Below, in pieces: positions 38,450 to 50,369 of a stretch of DNA of 64,000 nucleotides. Source of the stretch: Eledone cirrhosa (lineage: Eukaryota); NCBI GenBank assembly GCA_964016885.1, contig OZ024758.1, positions 14,694,001-14,758,000 on the forward strand, in the 5' to 3' direction. Positions within the stretch are counted from its first letter, which is position 1, and each line of letters starts with the position of its first letter. The notes below the pieces were generated by a model. That model ran no database searches. It was not told where the DNA came from and worked only from the letters and a program-made list of their open reading frames with translations. The position numbers were made by a program, and so were the translations under genes.

Positions 38450-39390
38450 CAACAACAGTACCAACAACAACAACAACAGTACCAACAACAACAACACGAT
38501 TAGCAACAGCACCAACAACAACAGCACGATTAGCAACAGCACCAACAACAACAGCACGATTAGCAACAGCACCAACAACAACAACACGATTAGCAACAGC
38601 ACCAACAACAACAGCACGATTAGCAACAGCACCAACAACAACAACAGCAACCCCAACACCAACTGCGACAGCAACAACACCAACAGCACCACCAATCCCA
38701 ACAACCCCAACCCCACCAACCCCACCAACAACCCCAACACCACCAACACCAGATGGGACAGCAACATCACCAACAACCCCAACCCCACCACCAACATCAA
38801 CCCCACCAACACCAGATGGGACAGCAACATCACCAACAACTCCAACACCAACACCACCAACACCACACCAACCAACACCAGATGGGACAGCAACATCACC
38901 AACAACCCCAACCCCAACACCAACATCAACCCCACCAACACCAGATGGGACAGCAACATCACCAACAACTCCAACACCAACACCACCAACACCACACCAA
39001 CCAACACCAGATGGGACAGCAACATCACCAACAACCCCAACACCAACACCACCAACACCACACCACCAACACCAGATGGGACAGAAACATCACCAACAAC
39101 CCCAACACCACCAACACCACACCACCAACACCAGATGGGACAGAAACATCACCAACAACCCCAACACCAACACCACCAACACCACACCACCAACACCACA
39201 CGGGACAGAAACATCACCAACAACCCCAACACCACCAACACCACATCAACCCCACCAACACCAGATGGGACAGCAACATCACCAACAACTCCAACACCAA
39301 CAACACCAACAACACCAACCACATCAACCCCACCAACACCAGATGGGACAGCAACATCACCAACAACTCCAACAACACCAACAACACCAA
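38450..39390. repeat. Complex (CAA/CCA)n-derived repeat abutting the par-6 donor site
   Basis: CCAACACCAGATGGGACAGCAACATCA and ACGATTAGCAACAGCACC higher-order units. Confidence 0.9.
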
Positions 39391-39396
39391 ACTGAC

Positions 39397-39622
39397 CTTT
39401 TCGCTGTACTTGTAGCCGTAACAATGGCCGCGCTGTAGATACAGCCTTTAAATAATTGTCTTTATTATTAATAGGAAGTAGATCCCCATGGGCTGGGTCT
39501 GTATAGGTAATTACAAATGGAATGCGATGAAGCTGATGTAGATTCTCTACCAGTTCTTGGAACTTCTCAAACTGGTAGTTGCCATCTTTATCAATGGCAA
39601 AGCGCCGAAATTCAGCATCAAA
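39397..39622 (-). CDS. par-6: Partitioning defective protein 6, PB1-domain exon
   Basis: TTTTACAG acceptor; FDAEFRRF...YTDPAHGDLLPINNKDNY..A..RPLLRLQVQRK; donor AAAG|GTCAGT, phase 1. Confidence 0.93.
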
Positions 39623-39684
39623 CTGTAAAAGAAAGAAATAAAAGTTAAACAATCATCATCATAAATCATATATATATATATACC

Positions 39685-40549
39685 TTAACTCTTTAGCATT
39701 TAAACCAGCCATATCCGTCCAGATTTCTCTCACCACTTTCTGTTCAAACCAGCTGTAACCTGCCACTCATACTGATATTAAGGTATTGTTCTCAAAATAA
39801 ATAATATCAAAATCTCATGGATTCGATATTATGTGAGATAAAGCTTTTACTGTGAAAATACAATAGTAAATATAGAGTAATGTAGATGCTATGTGAGATA
39901 TTATGTGAGGTAAAGCCTTTACCGTGAAAATCCAATAGTAAATATAGAGTAATGTAAATGCTATGTGAGATATTATGTGAGGTAAAACCTTTACTGTGAA
40001 AATACAATAGTAAATATAGAGTAATGTAAATGCTATGTGAGATATTATGTGAGGTAAAACCTTTACTGTGAAAATACAATAGTAAATATAGAGTAATGTA
40101 AATGCTATGTGAGATATTATGTGAGGTAAAGCCTTTACTGTGAAAATCCAATAGTAAATATAGAGTAATGTAGATGCTATGTGAGATAATTATGTGAGGT
40201 AAAGCCTTTACTGTGAAAATCCAATAGTATATATAGAGTAATGTAAATGTTATGTGAGATATTATGCAAGGTAAAGCCTTTACTGTGAAAATCCAATAGT
40301 ATATATAGAGTAATGTAAATGCTATGTGAGATATTATGTGAGGTAAAGCCTTTACCGTGAAAATCCAATAGTATATATAGAGTAATGTAAATGCTATGTG
40401 AGATAATTATGTGAGGTAAAGCCTTTACTGTGAAAATCCAATAGTATATATAGAGTAATGTAAATGTTATGTGAGATATTATGCAAGGTAAAGACTTTAC
40501 TGTGAAAATCCAATAGTATATATAAAGTAATATAAATGCTAAAGGGTTG
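39685..40549. mobile_element. TTAA MITE with internal tandem expansion of about 65-bp units
   Basis: MITE ends flank about 10 copies of TTTACTGTGAAAAT(A/C)CAATAGTA..GAGTAATGTAAATGCTATGTGAGATATTATGTGAGG. Confidence 0.85.
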
Positions 40550-41299
40550 AAAATAAAATTCTAAATGAAAAAAAAAAAAAAATAAAATAAAAAAGCAGTT
40601 TTATCATTGTTTAGTTCAAAGAATAGAATTCCAAGTACATTGAGTATTTTTGAATGATGCAGAATAAAGTCAGATTCACAGGAGCGGAAATAAGTAACAT
40701 ATACATAATTTAAATCTGAGAAACCAGCCTTGAATAGACCAGTGCATTAACTCTTTAGCATTCACATTGAATTGGAAAATGAAAAGCTATGAAATGTTGA
40801 CATGTGAAAAAACTATTTGAAGATCTCCAGGTAAGAACGATTTACATGAAACATTACAACCCTTACGTAATGAATTAAAATACCTGAATAATAAATAATT
40901 ATGCAAGACCTTGACTTAAGCATTTGTGATCACACGACAAGAGAAACAAGATCTAAATAGTTTCAAGGGCAATTGCTCAAGCAATTTTCTCATGAACCTA
41001 CAACCAAAAAACTATCATCATCACCATTTTTATGTTGTTTTTCCAGACTTGCATGGGTTGGATGAGTCCTTTTCAGCACAGCATCTCTCCACTCACTAAC
41101 TTCCTTTGTCATCTCTGTGACTCTCAGCAATTTGAGATCAGCTCTGACAATCCCTGCCCAGGTCTTTCATGGTCTACCGTTACTGCAGCTTACCTCAACT
41201 GGGATTTTCTGGCACTTCTTCACCCAGTGATCATCATCCATGCACATCACATGTCCATATGAACATGGGTCATGTCTAACTTAATAGCACCTCTACAAA

Positions 41300-41882
41300 A
41301 CTACACCTGATGTCCCCCTTCCATACACATGCACACACGTGTATATCATGACTCATGCACTGTTCATTTTCCTGATGTTGTATATTGCCCTATGTACTAT
41401 GCATACACTTTTGATGAGTTGTAGTGCACCTGAACACTGTACACAATATTTTCATTATTATTCATCATTTTTTGGATTGGCAGTATCAGTAGATGGTCGG
41501 ACACCATGCTTTGCAGCAAAGAGTTACGGCCCTTTACGATCTGAGTTCAAATCCCGCCGAGGTTAACTTTGCCTTTCATCCTTACGAGGTCGATAAAATA
41601 AAGTACCAGTAATGTACTGGGTATTTGCTGGCCTTGTGCCAAAAGTAGAAACAATTATTATTATATATATATATATATATGAGGGCGGTGGATTGGCAGT
41701 GTCGGTAGAGGGTCGGATGCCATGCTTTGAAGCATAGAGTTGCGACCCTTTATGATCTGAGTTCAAATCTCGCCGAGGTTAACTTTGCCTTTCATCCTTA
41801 CGAGGTCGATAAAATAAAGTACCAGTAATACACTGGGTATTTGCTGGCCTTGTGTCAAAAGTAGAAACAATTATTATTATAT
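41300..41882 (+). mobile_element. CR1 3' end followed by two head-to-tail family A SINEs
   Basis: CR1 UTR at 41300-41462; SINEs at 41473-41662 and 41683-41880. Confidence 0.8.
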
Positions 41883-42094
41883 GTATACCCATGCAAGCGT
41901 GGAAGATGGACGTTAAACGATGATGATGATGATGATGATATATATATATATATATCTTATAAACTGAAAACTTTACTAACTGTTATTCAGAGTTTCAGAA
42001 TTTCATATTTCCAATTTTCAGACAACAGTTCGACGATTAAAAATATGGAATTTGGATTAAATGAAGTTTTCTGTATATAAGAAATATGATGAAG

Positions 42095-42972
42095 ATTAAC
42101 ATCTATTTAAAACTGTATACAGCTATGGTACGACCACACTTGGAATTCACATCAGTCTGGAACCCCTATCTTGCTCAGAACATTGACCTCCTGGAAACTG
42201 TTCAGAGACGTGCAACCAAGCGCATACCCTCCATCAGACACCTACCATACTCTGAACGCCTTGCTTCCCTGGGCATGGATTCATTGAAGCTCCGACGTCT
42301 GGCAATGGACTTGGTAAATACCCACAAAGTTATTAACCATCTTGCCAATTTCAACCCTGAGCACCTTTTTCATCTCCATGTGTCTAACACACGTGGACAT
42401 GCCTACAAAATCAGAAAACAGCACGGCTCCCATGACTTTCGTAGACATTTTTTCACGCTCAGAGTTGCTGAAGCATGGAACAAACTGCCTGCATCAGTTG
42501 TTAGCTGTCGAGACACTGCATCCTTTTAGACACTCATGCTTCCCGAAATACGCCAAAACTACACCTGATGTACCCCTTCCATACACATGCACACATGTGT
42601 GTATCATGACTCGTGCACTGTTCATTTTCCTGATGGTTGTGCATTGCCCTATGTACTGTACATGCACTTTTTGATGAGTTGTGGTGCACCTGGGCACTGT
42701 ACACAATATTTCATTATTATTATTATATCATGACTCATACACTGTTCATTTTCCTGACATTTGTACATTATTGTATGTACTATACATGCACCTTTGATGA
42801 GTTGTGGTGCACCTGGGCACTGTACACAATATTTCATTATTATATCATGACTCATACACTGTTCATTTTCCTGACATTTGTACATTATTCTATGTACTAT
42901 ACATGCACCTTTGATGAGTTGTAGTGCACCTGAGCACTGTACACAATAATTTCATTATTATTATTATTATTA
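42095..42972 (+). mobile_element. CR1-type LINE 3' fragment with triplicated 3' terminus
   Basis: LKLYTAMVRPHLEF..VWNPY..LETVQRRATK..LKLRRL..TRGH..RVAEAWNKLP; the terminal ~120 bp is repeated three times, ending in (TAT)n. Confidence 0.88.
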
Positions 42973-42979
42973 TCTACAT

Positions 42980-43233
42980 GAGGCATGCCAAACATGTGGC
43001 TCGCGAGCCGCATGCAGCCCTTTACAAGCACACCTGCGGTCCGTACAAAGATTTTTACAGCACAAACATGTTTTATCTTTGTAATAGAAAATGGAAAAAA
43101 AAAAAAAAAAAAAAAAATAGTTGTAATGTGAGCAATTAGTTGTCTTGTGTGGCCCTCAGACAACACATGTGACCCATGTGGCCCTCAGACAACACATATG
43201 TGACCCATGTGGACCTCAGTTTGACATGCCTGA
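42980..43233. mobile_element. hAT (Charlie-like) MITE
   Basis: GAGGCATGCCAAAC and GTTTGACATGCCTG inverted termini with GGCCC/GCGGCC subterminal motifs. Confidence 0.6.
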
Positions 43234-43296
43234 TCTACATTACATATTGAACACTCTTTTTCTCCTTACAATTCTTTGTGCTACAACAATACATAA

Positions 43297-43350
<54 letters not shown>

Positions 43351-43467
43351 CATGTGTGTGTGTGTGCGTCTATGCGTGTGTGTGTATGCATGTGTGTGTA
43401 TGTATGTATGTATTTTTTCACAATAAATGATTATTAAAGGAAGCAATATCTTTTTTCACATTAGATT

Positions 43468-43505
<38 letters not shown>

Positions 43506-43719
43506 CTAATTATCCAGCAGACACACTTTGATATTCAAGCTGTACAAGTATATTTTTATTGAAATGTAAGCTAAGTAGATTATTTCAAAGATTAAAAGTC
43601 CAAGCTATCATTATTGAAGATAAAATTGGCAACATTAAAACAAGCTTAGCCATCAGTAAACAGTATCTACAAGTTACAACTTAGAAGAAATAGCTTGTTG
43701 ACATATCTATCTATAAATA

Positions 43720-44655
43720 AGATGTCGAATTGGTAGAGCCGTTAGAATGTCGGATAGAATACCTTGTGTTATTTGTTTCTATGCTCTGAGTTTAAATCCC
43801 GCGGAGGTCAACTTTGCCTTTCATCCTTTCAAGATTGATAAAAAGTACCAGTCAAGTACTGGGGGGGTCGATTCTTCTTCTATATATCTTTCTTACTTTC
43901 TTCCTCCTCTCACTTTCTGGAAGAAATTCGCTGTACTCAGGCCTGGAGAGGGATGGGCCCCGTCGGACTTAAAAAATGCCCAAGAAATGGCATATGTCAA
44001 TATGATGCCCCGTACAACTCTATCAGGAGTTCCAGGACCATACCACACCACACCATCTATAAATAGGTGCAAACATGGCTGTGTGGTTAAGGAGTTCACT
44101 TCACAATTACTTTCAGGTCTTGCGTAATTGGTTGAGCATGTGTGGAGTGTGTTTGGCTTTGCATGAATGCATGGGGTCGACAGGCAAGGTGCATCAGGAG
44201 GATGTCCCTGTCTGTGCTTATATTTACTGTCAGCTTATATCCCATAACTTAGTGGTTTGACAAAAAAAAGAGATTGATAAAATATATACCAGCTTTGAAA
44301 AAATAAGTATCGGTGAGGTGAATGTATGTATGGTTCTGTAACTTCCGATAGAGTCGTAGGGGTGTCGTATTGACATACAGCGTTTCTTGGCCATTTTTAA
44401 GCCTGGCAGAGCCCATCCCTGAGTACAGCAGATTTCTTCCAGAGAAAGATAGAAAGTGAGAGAGAGGAAAAATGAGAAAGAAATATAGAGGAAGAATCGA
44501 CCCCAGTACTAGACTGGTACTTTTTTTTAAGGACTTTAAATGGATGAAAGGCAAAGTTGACCTCAGTGGGATTTGAACTCCGAGATCTCAGAGAGCTGAA
44601 ACGAATACCACAAGGCATTCTATCTGACGTTCTAACAACTCTACCAATTCGCCAC
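43720..44655. mobile_element. Inverted pair of related SINEs (43720-44045 +, 44340-44655 -)
   Basis: Both carry CGAATTGGTAGAG head, GGTCAACTTTGCCTTTCATCC core and GAAGAAAT..GCTGTACTCAGG tail, in opposite orientations. Confidence 0.75.
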
Positions 44656-44756
44656 CTTAGTGAGGTGAATATGACCAACTAAATCCTTTCAAGACAGAGC
44701 TCCAGCATGGCTGGCGTCTAATGACTGAAACCAGTAAAAGGTTAAAGAATATACTT

Positions 44757-44977
44757 TAACCCTTTAGCATTTACATTATGATGATGATTTACTATTATAT
44801 TTTCACAGTAAACACTTTACCTCACAATTATCTCAATATCAAATCTATGAGATTTTGATATTTATTTTGAGAACAATACCTTAACATCAGTATGAGTGGC
44901 CTGTTATGGCCATTTTGAACAGAAAGAGGTAAGAGAATTCTGGCCGGATACGACCGGTTTAAATGCTAAAGGGTTAA
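44757..44977. mobile_element. piggyBac-like TTAA MITE
   Basis: TTAACCCTTTAGCATTTA..TAAATGCTAAAGGGTTAA; further copies at about 48395-48877, 49088-49506, 49990-50218 and 53990-54214. Confidence 0.8.
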
Positions 44978-45249
44978 GACACACATTTTCCTATGAAAAT
45001 ACATGAAAAGCCAACATGCGACTTATCTGTTCGACATAGAAAACTTTAATTTAAAATATTTGGTACATCCTGACATTTGTACATTATTCTATGTACTATA
45101 CATGCACCTTTGATGAGTTGTAGTGCACCTGAGCACTGTACACAATAATTTCATTATTATTATTATTATTATTGTAAATGTTATATGTAGAATGTAGTTG
45201 TGACTTTACCGGGGCAATGTGTAAACACACACCTGTGTATTTATGCAAG

Positions 45250-47800
45250 TATATGTATGAGTGCGTGTATGCCCATATGTATGAGTGCATGTATGCCCAT
45301 ATGTATGAGTATATGTACATATGTATACACATGTATATGTATGTATGAGTGCATGTATGCCCATATGTATGAGTATATGTACATATGTATACACATGTAT
45401 GTATATGTATGAGTGCATGTATGCCCATATGTATGAGTATATGTACATATGTATACACATGTATATGTATGTATGTATGAGTGCATGTATGCCCATATGT
45501 ATGAGTATATGTACATATGTATACACATGTAGTGTATGTATGAGTGCATGTATGCCCATATGTATGAGTATATGTACATATGTATACACATGTATGTATA
45601 TGTATGAGTGCGTGTATGCCCATATGTATGAGTATATGTACATATGTATACACATGTATGTATATGTATGAGTGCATGTATGCCCATATGTATGAGTATA
45701 TGTACATATGTATACACATGTATATGTATGTATGTATGAGTGCATGTATGCCCATATGTATGAGTATATGTACATATGTATACACATGTAGTGTATGTAT
45801 GAGTGCATGTATGCCCATATGTATGAGTATATGTACATATGTATACACATGTATGTATATGTATGAGTGCGTGTATGCCCATATGTATGAGTATATGTAC
45901 ATATGTATACACATGTATGTATATGTATGAGTGCATGTATGCCCATATGTATGAGTATATGTACATATGTATACACATGTATGTATATTTATGAGTGCAT
46001 GTATGCCCATATGTATGAGTATATGTACATATGTATACACATGTAGTGTATGTATGAGTGCATGTATGCCCATATGTATGAGTATATGTACATATGTATA
46101 CACATGTAGTGTATGTATGAGTGCATGTATGCCCATATGTATGAGTATATGTACATATGTATACACATGTATGTATATGTATGAGTCCATGTATGCCCAT
46201 ATGTATGAGTATATGTACATATGTATACACATGTATATGTATGTATGAGTGCATGTATGCCCATATGTATGAGTATATGTACATATGTATACACATGTAT
46301 GTATATGTATGAGTGCGTGTATGCCCATATGTATGAGTATATGTACATATGTATACACATGTAGTGTATGTATGAGTGCATGTATGCCCATATGTATGAG
46401 TATATGTACATATGTATACACATGTATGTATATGTATGAGTGCATGTATGCCCATATGTATGAGTATATGTACATATGTATACACATGTAGTGTATGTAT
46501 GAGTGCATGTATGCCCATATGTATGAGTATATGTACATATGTATACACATGTAGTGTATGTATGAGTGCATGTATGCCCATATGTATGAGTATATGTACA
46601 TATGTATACACATGTATGTATATGTATGAGTCCATGTATGCCCATATGTATGAGTATATGTACATATATATACACATGTATGTATATGTATGAGTATATG
46701 TACATATGTATACACATGTATGTGTATGTATGAGTGCATGTATGCCCATATGTATGAGTATATGTACATATGTATACACATGTATGTATATGTATGAGTG
46801 CATGTATGCCCATATGTATGAGTATATGTACATATGTATACACATGTATGTATATGTATGAGTATATGTACATATGTATACACATGTAGTGTATGTATGA
46901 GTGCATGTATGCCCATATGTATGAGTATATGTACATATGTATACACATGTATATGTATGTATGAGTGCATGTATGCCCATATGTATGAGTATATGTACAT
47001 ATATATACACATGTATGTATATGTATGAGTATATGTACATATGTATACACATGTATGTATATGTATGAGTGCATGTATGCCCATATGTATGAGTATATGT
47101 ACATATGTATACACATGTAGTGTATGTATGAGTGCATGTATGCCCATATGTATGAGTATATGTACATATGTATACACATGTATGTGTATGTATGAGTCCA
47201 TGTATGCCCATATGTATGAGTATATGTACATATGTATACACATGTATGTATATGTATGAGTATATGTACATATGTATACACATGTATGTGTATGTATGAG
47301 TCCATGTATGCCCATATGTATGAGTATATGTACATATATATACACATGTATGTATATGTATGAGTATATGTACATATGTATACACATGTATGTGTATGTA
47401 TGAGTGCATGTATGCCCATATGTATGAGTATATGTACATATGTATACACATGTATGTGTATGTATGAGTGCATGTATGCCCATATGTATGAGTATATGTA
47501 CATATGTATACACATGTATGTGTATGTATGAGTCCATGTATGCCCATATGTATGAGTATATGTACATATATATACACATGTATGTGTATGTATGAGTCCA
47601 TGTATGCCCATATGTATGAGTATATGTACATATGTATACACATGTATGTATATGTATGAGTATATGTACATATGTATACACATGTATGTATATGTATGAG
47701 TATATGTACATATGTATACACATGTATGTGTATGTATGAGTGCATGTATGCCCATATGTATGAGTATATGTACATATGTATACACATGTATGTATATGAG
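45250..47800. repeat. About 64-bp purine-pyrimidine-alternating minisatellite
   Basis: ATGTATGAGTGCATGTATGCCCATATGTATGAGTATATGTACATATGTATACACATGT variants; explains the 600-875-aa spurious ORFs. Confidence 0.95.
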
Positions 47801-50369
47801 CATTATAAAAATGTCATGTTTGGAAACAAAATATGCAATAAACTGAAAAAACAAAAAAAAAAAAAGCAAGAAAAGAGATTGAATTTAATATGACAGGTTG
47901 AACAGAATCATCATCATCATTAACATTATTATTATTGTGCCTGTAGGCTACGTGATTTGAGGATGAGTGGGGTGCCCTTCCCGAGTCGGGTGGTTCAGGA
48001 TTGGTGGGGTGCCTGAGTTGCCCCTGGGTGGTTCTTCCCCCTATCGGGGAACTTTATTATTGTAATTTTATTAATTGCTTTCGCCTTACAAAATGTTATT
48101 ACATAATATTGTGGTAGATTTTTTTTTTTTAGATATATATATATAAACACTTATAAATAAATAGTTTTGTATCATAGAACCATGGGCAGTTTCAGATATT
48201 TTGGTATTAAAAGGATTACAATATACCATGTATCATCATCACTATTTAACATCCATTTTCCATTCTAGCATATGTTAGATTAGCTCTGCTCCAAACACCA
48301 GATTAAAAATGAGAAAGTTAGTTATAAAATCCCTCCAAATTATTTGAAAATTACATACAGTGACTTTCATTAAAAATATGGCAATGAAAGGATTAAAGCA
48401 TTTACATTATTCTATATATACTATTGTATTTTTGTGGTAAAGGCTTTACATCACATAATATCGAACCTATGAGATTTTTATGTTATTTATTTTGAGAATA
48501 CCTAAACGTTTTTATGAGCGACCAGTTACAGCCAGTTTGAAGAGAAAGAGGTGAGAAAATTCTGGCCAGATATGGCCAGTTAAAATGCTAAAAGGTTCAC
48601 ATCAGTATGAGCGGCCAGTTACAACCAGTTTGAACAGAAAGAGGTGAGAGAATTCTGGCCAGATATGGCTGGTTTAAATGATAAAGGGTTCACATCAGTA
48701 TGAGTGGCCAGTTACAACCAGTTTGAACAGAAAGAGGTGAGAGAATTGTGGCCAGATATGGCCAGTTAAAATGCTAAAAGGTTCACATCAGTATGAGTGG
48801 CTAGTTACAACCAGTTTGAACAGAAAGAGGTGAGAGAATTCTGGCTGGATATGGCTGTTTAAATGATAAAGGGTTAAGCAACAACAGTAATATCTTATCA
48901 AATGTTGCTATTTCAGAAACATAATAGTTACTAATTATCACATTTGTTTAATAGCTTAAAAGAAATAATCTTTAGAGCTGCAGTTAATCTCCAGGTTTAA
49001 GCTAGCATGTCTACTAAATCTAACAAGTCAAGGTTTAACAGAAATAAAGACATTCAATTTTGTCTGTCTGACATGGATTGCTAACTTTAACCCTTTAGTA
49101 TTTAAACCAGCTATGTTCGGTCAGAATGCTCTCTCCTCCTGTTCAAACAAACTGTAACCGGCCGCTCATACCGATGTTAAGGTATTGTTCTCAAAATAAG
49201 CATATCAAAATCTAAGATTCGATTTTATGCAAGATAATTATGTGAGGTAGCTTTTATTGTGAAAATACAATAGTAAATATAGAGTAATCATCATCATCAT
49301 CATCATCGATTAACGTCCATCTTCCATGCTAGCATGGGGCATACTGTACATATGCTTCAGCTTGTGTTCGTGGGAAGTCGGGTCTTCTGTAAAACTGCAT
49401 ATCGCCAGAGAACCTGGTTATGTGTGATCTCCGAGAGGTGCAATTGGGCATGGTCGGCTTTTATCACCTCATCCCAGGTATGTAATGTAAATGCTAAATG
49501 GGTTAAAAAATATAATTTTTTTTCATAGGCATAAAATTCTTGCTGCTTCTTCATCATCATCATCATTTGAAAATTATAGGAAGTGACTTTCATTAGAAAA
49601 ATGCTATTGTAATGATTTAGCAAAATTATATCTAATTATATCTAAAAATATCATTATCATTTAATGTCTATTTTTCTATGGTGGCATGAATGAACAGGTT
49701 TGTTAATTCAAATGTGTATAACATCTTTACTAGTAGACAGATTGTTGTGAAGATTTTTGCAGCATTACTAAAGACTAACTTTTAATGTGGTGCAGTTATT
49801 GTGTTGTTTTGTACTTTACAAGGTCTTGCTAATGCGATTTCATGTGATAAGGACGTTAAGAGTTAAGATAGTAGGAGTGTAATTCCAAAAAAAAATCGTC
49901 AGAAAGAAACATTTACCTAAAACATAATAGTGAGGTGGGGATATTTTATAATTACATGTGAACGTAGTGTTACACATGCTCATTTTATTTTAACCCTTTA
50001 ATGTTCAAACCGGCCAAAACCGGCCAGAATTCTCTCCCTTTTTTTGTTGAAACTGGCTGTAACTGGTTGCTCAAACTAAATGTTAAGGTATTGTTCTCAA
50101 AATAAATACTTTCGAAATCTCATAGATTCGATATTATGTGAGTTAATTATATGAGGTAAAGCATTTACCATGAAAATATAATAGTATATATAGAGTAAAG
50201 TGAATGCTAAAGGGTTAAAATATCCTATTATAATCATTTGAGAAGCATACAGTGTGATAACTGTTAGCTGGTAAGCTAAGAAGTTCTACTATGGCTTTAA
50301 TTAAACTAATATCTTGTGACTGGAATTTGGTAGACAGAAACTATACAAAAGCCCACTATATGAAAAGTG

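Noticed and set aside
38422-39438. Mucin-like Pro/Thr-rich ORF
   Set aside because: Intronic (CAA/CCA)n repeat antisense to par-6, with no signal peptide or splice support
45096-47869. ORFs of 600-875 aa
   Set aside because: Translations of a purine-pyrimidine minisatellite with no real protein features
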